Counted from the first letter of the stretch, positions 25,225 through 35,212 are shown. The stretch: DNA of 64,000 bases from an uncultured Nitrososphaerota archaeon (GCA_963838925.1 CAWISW010000001.1:96001-160000); one strand, 5' to 3'. A program made the numbers and translations. The notes: generated from the letters alone by a model not told the origin.

Positions 25225-27024
25225 TTGCTCCTCGGGTATCTCGAGTTCGTCGCCCTCCTCTTTCTCCCGGGCGCCGCGTTCATCGAAATCTTCAAGCTCG
25301 GTGGCGAATTCTCATTCGCGGAGCGGCTCGGCCTCGCGTTCGGTCTGAGCATGGCGGTAGACGTACTGGTCCTCGCCTTTCGGACTAGCGGGCTCCTCAT
25401 CGGAGGGCAGCTGATGGTCGGGATTTTCCCGGGGACTCTTGAGCTGATGCTGGGGGCGGCCCTCGTCGCGTTTATCGCGCCCGTCGCGCTAAGGCGGAAG
25501 TTGACCTTCTACGTCCAGCCCACTCGAACAGACCTCTGTGTTCTGGGGCTAGTCGCCGCGCAGGCGCTCCTTGTGTACGCGCATTTTTCGAAGTACCCGA
25601 TATTCCCGGAGTACCAGAGCGCTGATTTTCTGCAACACGTGCAGATTACGGCAGACTTGCAGGCAGGCAGGCTCACCATGTTTCCAGGCGGGATTCTGTA
25701 TTATGGCGCGCACCTACTCATGGGCTCGCTGGTCTCGCTCTCTGGGGACTTGGTCTTGGTGGCCACCCAATACGCGATGTGGATCCTCACCGCGTTCTCG
25801 CCCCTGCTGGTCTTCGTGGCCGTGAACTCCGTGACCCAGTCAAGGCGCGTAGGCCTCCTCGCATCGCTCCTCTACGTCTCCACGGGCTTTGTGTGGTATG
25901 GGAGCGTCTTCGACGCTGGTCTCTACGCGAACTTCTACGGGCTCCTCTCGATGTTGTTGCTATTCGGGCTCGTTCCGGCGGTGCTAAGGCAACCGCGGAG
26001 CCCAGGCGTCTGGGTGGCGTTCTTGTTGGCCTTGGGGAGCGGGTACCTCTCTCACTACTCGTTCGTCACGGTCGTTCCCGCCCTGATTGCGCTGCCCCTC
26101 GCCTTCCTGTTCCTTGAAAAAAGGTTCAGCCTCGTCAGCATGGCTGTACCCGCCATCGCGGTCCTCCCCGGGGTGACCGCGGCAATCCTGAGGCCTGACC
26201 TAGTCACACTCCTTCTCCAGTTTGTCCAGGCGCAGGGCGGGGGGAGCATCACAGGCAACACCGCCCTGTCCCAGTACATGGCCGGATGGCCGGTCTTGCG
26301 GTATACGGTCGTAGAGATAACGAACGACCTCGCGTCCGTCGTGGTGCTGGTGCTCGCTGCTGCGGGAACGTACTTGGCGATTCGGGGCAAGAACCCGCTC
26401 ACATGGATGGCCGTTATCTGGCTCGTTGCACTCCTAGTGGTCGCGCCCTTCTCGGAGGCCGCTTGGCGCTTCTCGTACATGGCGCTCGTTCCGCTCCTGA
26501 TTGTCGCTTCGGTCGCCTTGGACAAGATTATACCACAGTGGAGCCCAACCATGGTCAAGAGGAGCAAGATGCGCGCGAAGCGGGGCACCCCTCCCTACCG
26601 CTTGGCGCTACTCGGGGTCGTCTTTCTACTGTTGGTCGTCAACTCGTGGAGCTGGTCGCTCGTCGCTGATGCTGCCACCAACAACGGGGCAACGAACCAA
26701 GTCCAGCACGGGATTCTGGTCTCCATGCAGTGGATGAACTCGACCCTCCCGCGGCCCAGCAACATCGTTTCTGTGACGAGCTTCGATTATAACTACTTCT
26801 TCCTGCTTTTTGGCAGGGGCTCCGGATACGCGCCCCTCGCCACGCCCGATGAGATCGCGTTCGCTTCCAACGGGAGCGCCACCCCCACGTATGTCGTCCT
26901 GACCAAGATCGCCACGGTCACGGTCCCTCCCGACCAGAACCCCTTCAGCCTGTACCCTTCAGACTCTAGATTCCAGCTTGTCTACAATTCCAGTGGTGTC
27001 TTTATCTACAAATTGGCTCCCTAA
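25225..27024 (+). CDS. Polytopic membrane protein, probable GT-C-fold glycosyltransferase
   Basis: About 14 TM segments, D..xH loop (SADFLQH), YYGAH, WRF, C-terminal soluble domain ending LVYNSSGVFIYKL. Confidence 0.6.
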   Translation: MLLGYLEFVALLFLPGAAFIEIFKLGGEFSFAERLGLAFGLSMAVDVLVLAFRTSGLLIGGQLMVGIFPGTLELMLGAALVAFIAPVALRRKLTFYVQPTRTDLCVLGLVAAQALLVYAHFSKYPIFPEYQSADFLQHVQITADLQAGRLTMFPGGILYYGAHLLMGSLVSLSGDLVLVATQYAMWILTAFSPLLVFVAVNSVTQSRRVGLLASLLYVSTGFVWYGSVFDAGLYANFYGLLSMLLLFGLVPAVLRQPRSPGVWVAFLLALGSGYLSHYSFVTVVPALIALPLAFLFLEKRFSLVSMAVPAIAVLPGVTAAILRPDLVTLLLQFVQAQGGGSITGNTALSQYMAGWPVLRYTVVEITNDLASVVVLVLAAAGTYLAIRGKNPLTWMAVIWLVALLVVAPFSEAAWRFSYMALVPLLIVASVALDKIIPQWSPTMVKRSKMRAKRGTPPYRLALLGVVFLLLVVNSWSWSLVADAATNNGATNQVQHGILVSMQWMNSTLPRPSNIVSVTSFDYNYFFLLFGRGSGYAPLATPDEIAFASNGSATPTYVVLTKIATVTVPPDQNPFSLYPSDSRFQLVYNSSGVFIYKLAP

Positions 27025-27039
27025 GAGTGCAAGACAGAG

Positions 27040-27170
27040 CCGAAATTCGGGTTCGGAATCACGAACCGAAACAGATGGTAATAATCAGGCGGAAGTCTTC
27101 TTTTTCAGGAAAACAAGGCAAGTTTGCGCTTCTACTCGTCAATTCGAGCCCAAATCTGCCTATAAATAGA
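27040..27170 (+). promoter_or_regulatory. S-layer operon upstream region: inverted repeats and strong TATA box
   Basis: ccgaa-a-ttcgg and ggttcg-gaatca-cgaacc inverted repeats (27040-27067); cctataaata at about 27159-27168. Confidence 0.5.
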
Positions 27171-27227
27171 CGAATCATCCACAAGCGTTATATACAATAA
27201 TTTGGAAGCTCAAAGTTACGAAAATAA

Positions 27228-30200
27228 GTGAATAGTATGCAAATGCATATCTCACAGAACAACAAACTAGCTTCAATAGGAACTGTCGGACTGTTATTCC
27301 TCGCAGGGATAGCAGGTATCGTCTTTCTGCTGCCGGTCTCACCGGCTCATGCAGCGAGCGCATCTGTTACCCTGTCGGCTTCGTCCGGCACGGTGGGCTC
27401 TTTCGTTACCATCACTGGTAAGGGATTCAGCCCGAGTGCCGACGTCGGAATAGAGTTCGGCACGACTCTAATCAATACATTCGGCACATCCGCAAGCTAC
27501 CCAACCGTAGCAAGCATCATAGACACTGGAGTCACCAACCAGGCCAGTCCGACCCCACTTGGCATGCAAGCATGCTCCGCTACCAACCCATGCATCAGGA
27601 CTGATGCAAACGGATGGTTCGAGGCGATCATTGCTGTGCCACCCACAGTGAACGGGGCTCAGACTGTGACTGTGTCTGACGGTTCAGTGACAGCAACAAC
27701 CACTTTCACGACCAACGCAAACGTCCTGATCTCCACCTCCAGCACCAGCGTGAGCGCACTCACCTCTGGCCTTCCAGACGAGTCGTTCCCGGTGACCATC
27801 GTCGCAACCGGCTTCGCAGCATCTGACACTGTCGCATTCAGTGCAGCAGTGTTCGGTGGTGTGAACGGAGCGACTACGCCAGGAATAGCAACAACACCCG
27901 CAGCACTTACGGCCTACCTGACGTCGACAACAGTGACGCCAGCGGGCGAATCCACCAGCGGCGTGATGTACACTAGCGGGCCCGGCATCGCACAATCGGC
28001 CACCACAGCGGTGGTCCCAAGCGATGTCCTTGGAGGAAAGCAGAACATTGTTGCCACCGGAACCTCCGGTGTGACATCGACAACCAGCTTCACCATCAAC
28101 CCCGTGATCGCATTGTACCAGACCCAGACGGGAACAACTGTATTCTCGATGGGCGGTGCCCCCAACCAAGCCATATTCCTTGAAGGGTATGGCTTCGCAG
28201 CGGGAACGATCGCGGCTAGCTCAATCACTGCAGGAGGGGTTGCACTCAGCAATCCAGTAGTCACCGTCGGATCGACGGGGACCGTCGGTGCTGGGGCGGG
28301 CAATCACTTGCTCATGACCTCCGGCAGCGCCGGGCTCTCACAGGGCCAGACGAGCATCGTCGTAGTAGACGGAACAAACACATACACCTTCAGCTATGCT
28401 AACCACAACATCATCAACCCATTCGGCACAGGCGGCAAGGGGCAAGACAGCTTTGGAAACTATCTGCCGAAGAGCTACGCCATTCCTGGCTGGAGCTCTA
28501 GCGTGGCAGTGACCATTGCCACCGGCGCCGTTGCAGCGAACGGATACGGTGCTCCATTCGTCGTATCGACGCCAGGAGGCTCCGGGACCGTCGCCACAAT
28601 CACAACCAGTGCGTCCGCCTACAAGGGCGGGTCGACCAGCTTGGTGACCTTCTTCGGAAGCGGCTTCGCCGCTTCTACCCCTCCAACGATTCCAGCAACA
28701 TGGACGCCCGCCACAGGGGGTGCGACCATCACGTTCGGCGGCACAACCGCCGTTGACGCGTATGGCGCCTTCTGGGACGTCGCTTCCGGCGGAAGCTCCT
28801 CATCCACAACCAACACGAACGTTGCAACAATCGCCTACCTAGGCGACATTCCAGCGCCTGTCTCGCCTGCAACGTACTCCTTCACCGCAACAGGCGGCGG
28901 AGTCGCTGCAATCCAGACGCCAACGCTGGGCATCACATCGTGGCTGAGCCCATCCACACAGACACTATCATACGGCAGCACATGGCCATCAGTAGTCTTC
29001 CACGGCTTTGCTTCAGGGAACACATGCTCCTTGAGCACACCGACGGGTTCCATAGCCATCACAGGAACCTGCACGATAGCAACGAATGGTGCCTACACGG
29101 CAACCATTACCGCCGCTGACCTACCTGGCGGCGCGAACCTCGTGACGGGATCCGATGGCGTGAACACGGGAACGTCTACCTTGACCGTCCTGGCCGTGAA
29201 CCTCTATGGAGGTTCGAGCACCACACAGGGGTTGTCCCTGAACAACGGAGCTGCTGGATCGACAACGATCCTCAGAACCAGCTCAGGTTCAACTCTCTTT
29301 GGAGTGCACGGACTTTCAGCAAGCACAACCTACTCCGTAGTGTGGGACCCAACTCAGGGTACTGAAACCACCCTCGGATCCTTCACATCCACTGCAACCG
29401 GCGGGATTCCGGCACCTGGAGTACAGGTGACCATTCCAGTCGGTGCGGCGGGCATCCACATCATCGGGCTCAAGACAGCCTCCGGAACCTACGTGTTCTG
29501 GAACGCAATAGGGACTTCGACGACCACTGCAGGCACATCTGTTGACAAGTCGAACAACGTCGTAGGCTCCGTAGGCACTGGCCAATGGGGAGACGGCCTG
29601 TTCACTCTCGGCGCTAGCCTCATCGCTACGCCAACAGTCGCCAACGTCGGCGGCACCGTAGCAATCGGCGGATCCGGACTACCGGCGGGCACGACCTTCG
29701 ACCTAGGAATGTCGATGGCCGGAACCAACGGCGGCTCGAGTCCGTCCATTTGCACAATCGGAGCCACACCCGACGATGCAGCGGCACCGAGCGTAGTCCT
29801 CGGAGCCTTCACCACAACAGCCTCAGGCACCATCCCCAGCCCAACTTCAGTCTCAGTGACTGACATGCCAACATATTCAGGTCTCGAGCAGGGCACGCTT
29901 TACTGCGTGTTCGCACAGACCGCATCAGGCTTCGGTTCGACCAGTGCAACAGGAACCGCTCAGTTCGAACTGCAGGCCTCCGCATCACTCAACATGACCT
30001 CAGCGCCGTCCGGGCACAACGTCCAGGTCTCGGCGCACGCACTCAACGCGGGCAAGGGCTACAACGTCCTCTTCGCGCCATACACCGTATCTGGCACCAG
30101 CAACGTAGCTGGAACTGTCGTAGGTGCAGTCCTCTCCAACGCAGTTGGAGCAGGAATTGGAACCTTCACGGTCCCAAGCACCATCCAGACGCCGACCGGC

Positions 30201-30635
30201 AGCCAACCCGTCTCAAGCGGAGTTGCCTACCAAGTCGAACTCCAGCCAATTGGCGCCAATACAGCAGCCCTCGCTTCAGCACCCTCAATCACAGTCGGCT
30301 CTGTCTCGACATCGTCGTGCAGTAGCACGACATGCGTCACAGTATCCGGCACCCCAACAACGACGACAATCAGCGGCAACAAGGCCGTGCAGTCGTCATT
30401 CACCAACAACTCCAATGCACCAGTGACGGCAATCGTCTTTGCTACCGTGCACAACGCAGCAGGACAGACCGTCGACATCTCAACAGCGACGATCACCGTA
30501 GCAGCAGGAGCGAGCGCCACAGCGTACAACGTACTCTATGGGCTTCCATCCGGCACATACTCGGTGACCTTGTTCGTAACATCGACCAGCGGAACCGCAA
30601 TATCTGGCACGACAACCGTCTCGGTGACTATCTAG
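27228..30635 (+). CDS. Large secreted multi-Ig-domain protein, probable S-layer protein (SlaA-like)
   Basis: Signal peptide ending PAHA; very T/S/G/A-rich; IPT/TIG-like GSFVTITGKGFSP repeats; no C-terminal TM. Confidence 0.75.
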   Translation: MNSMQMHISQNNKLASIGTVGLLFLAGIAGIVFLLPVSPAHAASASVTLSASSGTVGSFVTITGKGFSPSADVGIEFGTTLINTFGTSASYPTVASIIDTGVTNQASPTPLGMQACSATNPCIRTDANGWFEAIIAVPPTVNGAQTVTVSDGSVTATTTFTTNANVLISTSSTSVSALTSGLPDESFPVTIVATGFAASDTVAFSAAVFGGVNGATTPGIATTPAALTAYLTSTTVTPAGESTSGVMYTSGPGIAQSATTAVVPSDVLGGKQNIVATGTSGVTSTTSFTINPVIALYQTQTGTTVFSMGGAPNQAIFLEGYGFAAGTIAASSITAGGVALSNPVVTVGSTGTVGAGAGNHLLMTSGSAGLSQGQTSIVVVDGTNTYTFSYANHNIINPFGTGGKGQDSFGNYLPKSYAIPGWSSSVAVTIATGAVAANGYGAPFVVSTPGGSGTVATITTSASAYKGGSTSLVTFFGSGFAASTPPTIPATWTPATGGATITFGGTTAVDAYGAFWDVASGGSSSSTTNTNVATIAYLGDIPAPVSPATYSFTATGGGVAAIQTPTLGITSWLSPSTQTLSYGSTWPSVVFHGFASGNTCSLSTPTGSIAITGTCTIATNGAYTATITAADLPGGANLVTGSDGVNTGTSTLTVLAVNLYGGSSTTQGLSLNNGAAGSTTILRTSSGSTLFGVHGLSASTTYSVVWDPTQGTETTLGSFTSTATGGIPAPGVQVTIPVGAAGIHIIGLKTASGTYVFWNAIGTSTTTAGTSVDKSNNVVGSVGTGQWGDGLFTLGASLIATPTVANVGGTVAIGGSGLPAGTTFDLGMSMAGTNGGSSPSICTIGATPDDAAAPSVVLGAFTTTASGTIPSPTSVSVTDMPTYSGLEQGTLYCVFAQTASGFGSTSATGTAQFELQASASLNMTSAPSGHNVQVSAHALNAGKGYNVLFAPYTVSGTSNVAGTVVGAVLSNAVGAGIGTFTVPSTIQTPTGSQPVSSGVAYQVELQPIGANTAALASAPSITVGSVSTSSCSSTTCVTVSGTPTTTTISGNKAVQSSFTNNSNAPVTAIVFATVHNAAGQTVDISTATITVAAGASATAYNVLYGLPSGTYSVTLFVTSTSGTAISGTTTVSVTI

Positions 30636-30642
30636 TCACCAG

Positions 30643-31797
30643 GTGATTGACATGAAGACACTCAGAACCATCGCAGCAGTCGTAGTGGCCTTCGTGTTGG
30701 TCTTCGGACCAACCGTCGCCTTCGCAGCAACCACAATTACCGCGTCACCTAACGCAACAACGTACACTGGAGTGGCAACCGTCCAGATCACGGGTGCCGT
30801 TACTCCCGCGCCGTCCAGCTCGTCTTCATCCGTCGTCGTAACGACGAAGGGTCCAGCGGGCATAGTCGACGTAGGACCGGCACAAGTGGCTACAGGGACG
30901 GGAGCCTACACCTACACGTATGTGACTGGTGGCTCCACAGGCTGGGTCAGCGGGACCTACACGGTCAACGCGACCTGGGGCTTTGGAGGCGTCGTAGCCT
31001 CAACTACGACCTCATACACCTACACAGCGGCAACTGGCGGCGGCGGTTATGCACAGATGACCGTCAACATCCAAGCAGCAGCGTTAACAACGAGTACAGG
31101 CAGCAATGTCTACGTCTCGGTGCTGACTTCGTCTCCAACGGGAACGTTGGACGACGTCGCGACTTGGTCGCCGTTCCATGTCCACTATCCAGACGGGACA
31201 CTCCACAACATCTGCACAGGACCGAGCACGCCAGCAGGTTGCATAGGGACGTTCACCAGAGTCCACACCGGATTCTACTACGTGAACTTCACCCTACCGA
31301 CAACAGCGCTTGCGGGCTTATACGCCGTCCACGCCGGAACCACTGACGCCAACGGCGTCACTGGCGAAGGAATGGGCACGTTCGTCGTGCAGTCAGCAAC
31401 CAGCTCATCTAGCCCCGACGCAGCAGCACTGGCACAGATTTCGACCTCGCTAACGGGTCTGACAACGAGCGTCAGTGGAATTCAGGGTAGCCTCACTACT
31501 CTGACGGGCAGCATCAACGCAATCAACTCTGGCATCTCGACACTCACAACAGACGTCACTGGTCTGCAAACAAGCATGACCGGGTCACTCAACACAATAT
31601 CCACCGGAGTAACTGGGATAACCAACACTCTGAGCGGACTCTCCACAAACCTCACAACAGTCAACGGGATCGGAAACCAGCTGACTTCACTCAACAACGC
31701 TGTCAACAACAACCAGACATACGTTCTGGTAGTTGCAGCACTCGCAGCAATCACTCTAGTCCTCGAACTAGCAATATTAGTAAGGAAGCTGTCTTAA
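30643..31797 (+). CDS. Probable S-layer anchor (SlaB-like): Ig domains, coiled-coil stalk, C-terminal TM
   Basis: Signal peptide; two beta-rich domains; about 90-aa S/T/N heptad stalk; YVLVVAALAAITLVLELAILVRK; 7 bp after the large gene. Confidence 0.75.
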   Translation: MIDMKTLRTIAAVVVAFVLVFGPTVAFAATTITASPNATTYTGVATVQITGAVTPAPSSSSSSVVVTTKGPAGIVDVGPAQVATGTGAYTYTYVTGGSTGWVSGTYTVNATWGFGGVVASTTTSYTYTAATGGGGYAQMTVNIQAAALTTSTGSNVYVSVLTSSPTGTLDDVATWSPFHVHYPDGTLHNICTGPSTPAGCIGTFTRVHTGFYYVNFTLPTTALAGLYAVHAGTTDANGVTGEGMGTFVVQSATSSSSPDAAALAQISTSLTGLTTSVSGIQGSLTTLTGSINAINSGISTLTTDVTGLQTSMTGSLNTISTGVTGITNTLSGLSTNLTTVNGIGNQLTSLNNAVNNNQTYVLVVAALAAITLVLELAILVRKLS

Positions 31798-31830
31798 GCT
31801 AGGGCAGCTTCTTTCCTTCTTTATTTTTCC
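31798..31830 (+). terminator. Terminator of S-layer operon
   Basis: Pyrimidine/T-rich run cttctttccttctttatttttcc directly after the stop. Confidence 0.55.
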
Positions 31831-32049
31831 AGACCTAGCGTGAGCTCTAGTTTTGCAAACGAAGGCGTCTTCCAGTTCCAACGGCCGCGAAGTATGACTC
31901 ATGTGCTAAGGGAATTCTTGCCGGTCGTCCGACGAGATTTCAGTGTGGGTTCCTTCGAGCAATGCTCCGCACGTGGATTGCGAAGTCGAGATACGAACCC
32001 TCTTTGTGACAGCACGTTGGCGAGGAAAACGGGAATTACTGCTTAGTCA

Positions 32050-32135
32050 TCGGTTCACATTGGTTAATTGGCGTTCATTCTATCGTTCGACCGTTCATTC
32101 ATTTGTTCCTCTGTCCGTTCATTCAGACGTTCAAA
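32050..32135. repeat. Short direct-repeat tract (C/G)GTTCA(TTC), iteron/operator-like
   Basis: GTTC at 32053, 32073, 32085, 32093, 32105, 32117 and 32129 (mostly 12-bp spacing); CGTTCATTC three times; palindrome GTACTAGTAC at 32156-32165. Confidence 0.55.
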
Positions 32136-32258
32136 CCAAAAAATTACCCCCCGGCGTACTAGTACTGGCACGTTCGCTGGGTGGGCCCTATTGGATAAGC
32201 AAGGGGTTTCCTCGAGAAGTCCTAGAGACGAGAGACCATCGAGGACGATCTGCGACAG

Positions 32259-32609
32259 CTAAACTGTCTTGCGAGCTTTACGGGCATCCCTTCGTATCAA
32301 CTTGCCGCCTTGGTTGGCCCTAAAGCACCTGTAGATGCCGGTCTTGTACCGGGTTTCTTCCTCCCTTACCAATCCGTCGGCCTGGAGCTCTCTCAGGCAA
32401 GACTTGACGGCGTTGTAGTTCATGCCCAAGTCGGCGGAAAGCGCCTTTGTAGACTTGCACGCACCTGATTTCGTCAGGTGCAAGAGTATCTCCATACACG
32501 TTTGGTGCTCAGCACTGTAACCGAAGAATTTCCCATGGTCTTCCTCCGTACCAGTTGGCTTCTGTTCTGGTGACGTCTCACCGTTCCTTCGGATTCTGAT
32601 GGTGGGCAA
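32259..32609 (-). CDS. Winged-helix DNA-binding protein
   Basis: ILLHLTK..STKALSADLGMNYNAVKSCLRELQADGLVREEE; start uncertain. Confidence 0.7.
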   Translation of the reverse strand: MPTIRIRRNGETSPEQKPTGTEEDHGKFFGYSAEHQTCMEILLHLTKSGACKSTKALSADLGMNYNAVKSCLRELQADGLVREEETRYKTGIYRCFRANQGGKLIRRDARKARKTV

Positions 32610-32661
32610 TGAGATTGAATCTCAAGGGAGACAGATAAGGAGGTTCTCCGCATCATGCCTC

Positions 32662-34206
32662 ATGAAAGGCGTCAGGATTTCCGACGAAGACAGAGAGCGA
32701 GCCCTACAAATGTACATGATGGGGTATTCGTACAGCGAGATCGAGGCCGCCACCGGGGTCTCCCGGGCCTCCATGAGTGGAATCGTGAAAGATCAGACTC
32801 GGAAGGACCCCAATCTCGCTGCCATCCGAGAGGTCGCAAGATACTGCAGGGAGCACGAAATTCCGTCAGAGGCTCTCCTGCGGGGGGTGGCCATCATCGA
32901 CAGAGTCGAAGAGGCTGGATCTTCGCTCGAAGAGGTGACCAAGATAGTAATCCCTTTCATTGCAAAAGCCGGCGACGACGCGGAAGAATACTGTAAGAAT
33001 GGAGCTGCATACGCCGACCTTGTGGAGTCAACTGGGTTAACTCGCACTGAGCTCGTGGAGGAACACCAAAGGCTAGCGCAGAACCTGACCTCCCTCTCGA
33101 AGAAGACCGAAATCGCGGAACCGAAATTTGCGTCCCTCCAGAAGCAGATCGGTTCGTTGGAGTCCCGGCTGGCGCACCTGCGCGACCTAGAAGTGGTCGA
33201 AGCTAGCCTCCGAGGTAGCGGCAAAGGACCGGGAGAAGCGGCCAAAGTCGTGACCAAGATGGAGGGGCTGCTGAAGAAGGGTCTGAGCGACCACGTGATG
33301 GAAGCGCTTGCATCGGAGTTGGAGAAACGCGGCAGCGACCCCGCGAACGCGCCCCGCGTCATCGCCGAACTCGTGGCGAAGCATGGGAGCCTGGAATCGG
33401 CCGTCGAGAAGGAACGGCGCAAATGGGACTCGCTGAAGCGGCAGACGGAGGGGCTCGATGGGGAAGTGACACACTTGACCGGCGAGAGGGCGACACTGAA
33501 ACGGCAAGTCGACGGCCTTGGAACCAGTCTGAACGAGCTGCGCTCGGGGTACAACTCGATGGCCAAGGACTACAAGGAAAGAGAGTCGGAGTTCGCGCGC
33601 AAGCTCGCCGCGCTGGATCATGAGGCAAAGCAAAGGGCAGAGGAAGTCAAAGCGGCCAAGAATCAACTCGCGGCGCTAACGTGGGACGTCGACCTTGCCG
33701 TCGCGAAGCTCCACGTAACTCAGCGCGAGCAACGAGGATTGGAAGAGGCGATTCCGCAACTGCAATCGACGAAACGGGCGGCAGAGAAGGAGCTAGGCGT
33801 GATTCGGTACGGGTTGAACCAGGCGAAGCAGAAACTTGAAGGATTGCAGAACGAATGCAGCCAGCTGCGAGAGGGAATCGGGACGCTGAAGGAGGAGGAT
33901 CGGGTGCTCTCACAAGCCAAGGTCGAACTGGAGGAGAGCATCGGAAAGACCGTGGAAGTCCTGGACGGGATCGACAAGAAGATTGCAGAGAAGAAGAAGC
34001 TCGAGGTCCTAGTGACCCTGGTCAACGAACCTGAAAACAAGATGAGCCCTGTGACTGTGATGGAGCCAGCCCTTATAGTGCTTGTCGCTCTGGCCGTCCA
34101 CATGAACCAACACGCGTCAGAGATTTCCGAGTACCAGGCGCTCGTTCGAGCTGCCAGGATGCTGATAGAGTTGATGACCAACGCCGTCAGAGCATCGAGT
34201 CGATAG
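32662..34206 (+). CDS. N-terminal HTH plus long coiled-coil protein
   Basis: YMMGYSYSEIEAATGVSRASMSGIV (HTH) followed by >300 aa of heptads; no Walker motifs; ATG 32662 (32599 also possible). Confidence 0.75.
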   Translation: MKGVRISDEDRERALQMYMMGYSYSEIEAATGVSRASMSGIVKDQTRKDPNLAAIREVARYCREHEIPSEALLRGVAIIDRVEEAGSSLEEVTKIVIPFIAKAGDDAEEYCKNGAAYADLVESTGLTRTELVEEHQRLAQNLTSLSKKTEIAEPKFASLQKQIGSLESRLAHLRDLEVVEASLRGSGKGPGEAAKVVTKMEGLLKKGLSDHVMEALASELEKRGSDPANAPRVIAELVAKHGSLESAVEKERRKWDSLKRQTEGLDGEVTHLTGERATLKRQVDGLGTSLNELRSGYNSMAKDYKERESEFARKLAALDHEAKQRAEEVKAAKNQLAALTWDVDLAVAKLHVTQREQRGLEEAIPQLQSTKRAAEKELGVIRYGLNQAKQKLEGLQNECSQLREGIGTLKEEDRVLSQAKVELEESIGKTVEVLDGIDKKIAEKKKLEVLVTLVNEPENKMSPVTVMEPALIVLVALAVHMNQHASEISEYQALVRAARMLIELMTNAVRASSR

Positions 34207-34342
34207 CCTTCTCTCAAGGTCACGCGCTCAGACCAAGGAAGCCCGGAGGATCGCGCGAGCAGTCGACGCGTTTGGGGAGAACTATGACCCGATACTGATC
34301 GAGGCGAAGAAGCTGTCGCTTCTCAGGGAAGTCAGCGAGATA

Positions 34343-34777
34343 GTGAAGGGGGTGATGCTGGAGGTGACCAAATTGGAGGATAAGGCGATCGAATTTCCCT
34401 ACAGCCACGAGGGGGAGGAGATCAGGATACGCTGGCAGTTCGCAGAGCGAATTGGCCTCTATGTCCTACGGGCGTTCCTTCTGAAACCTGAGGAGGCTGA
34501 AGCGGCCAATGAAGCATGGATCAATGGACGAGAAGGCCCGTTCTACAGAGTTACAGAATTCAAGGAGCTGGTCCAGGAGCTGAAACGATTGGTGACCACG
34601 TCACCCAGCATGAGCCTCATGGATCGCCCCGGGGGGATCGTCATCTACACGATGATGCAAAGAAGGGATCACCTTGGAGGCAGAAACCAGGTGAAACGGG
34701 GTGCTCTGACCGCGGCCGAAAGCGAGGAGCATGAACGAGGCAAACTAACAACGTTGAGAGCATCCGAAGCGAATTGA
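34343..34777 (+). CDS. Hypothetical protein (frame open from 34178)
   Basis: Protein-like frame extends about 55 codons upstream of GTG 34343 without a start codon. Confidence 0.5.
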   Translation: MKGVMLEVTKLEDKAIEFPYSHEGEEIRIRWQFAERIGLYVLRAFLLKPEEAEAANEAWINGREGPFYRVTEFKELVQELKRLVTTSPSMSLMDRPGGIVIYTMMQRRDHLGGRNQVKRGALTAAESEEHERGKLTTLRASEAN

Positions 34778-34847
34778 CTTTAGATGCTCAATAGGTCCTT
34801 AATTCCCAACAATCGGCAAGTCCAGGGTAAGCATTCGGAGACCCGGC

Positions 34848-35147
34848 TTGTCATGTCGAGTAGACCTTGAGCGTCTTGTAGCGGCGGAAGGGCACACTGT
34901 CATGCAACAAGGGACTTTGGAAGAAGTTAGCGGCGACGTGCGGGAATCGATCCACGAAGTGGATTTGGTGATCGCCAACATGGACGAACGCGAAGCTGCC
35001 TCTCCGGCCGAGTCAGTTCTGGCCAGAGAGCAAGATGCTCTGTGGGTGCAGATCCGCTCGGAGCTAGTCCTGTTGCGCGGGTACTACGGCGAGGCGCTAG
35101 GCCGGCTAGAGCGGATTGTGAAGGCGATGAGCGAGTCGAACACCTAG
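34848..35147 (+). CDS. Hypothetical acidic helical protein
   Basis: Amphipathic helix pattern; same strand as preceding genes. Confidence 0.4.
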   Translation: MSCRVDLERLVAAEGHTVMQQGTLEEVSGDVRESIHEVDLVIANMDEREAASPAESVLAREQDALWVQIRSELVLLRGYYGEALGRLERIVKAMSESNT

Positions 35148-35212
35148 CAACGGTGGCTCTTCGTCGACATGGAAAACGAATTTCTCGCGACAAAGACGTT
35201 GCCTGGGCGCCG

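Noticed and set aside
5127-25388. Many long Arg/Gly/Pro-rich or antisense ORFs (e.g. 5127-5870, 9286-10590, 17416-18447, 19983-21098, 24012-25388)
   Set aside because: Alternate-frame artefacts of high-GC3 coding sequence overlapping well-supported genes
27040-27070. GGTTCG-containing hairpin as a tRNA T-arm or att site
   Set aside because: No cloverleaf can be formed and no second copy was found
32599-34206. SMC/Rad50 ATPase
   Set aside because: No Walker A/B or signature motif
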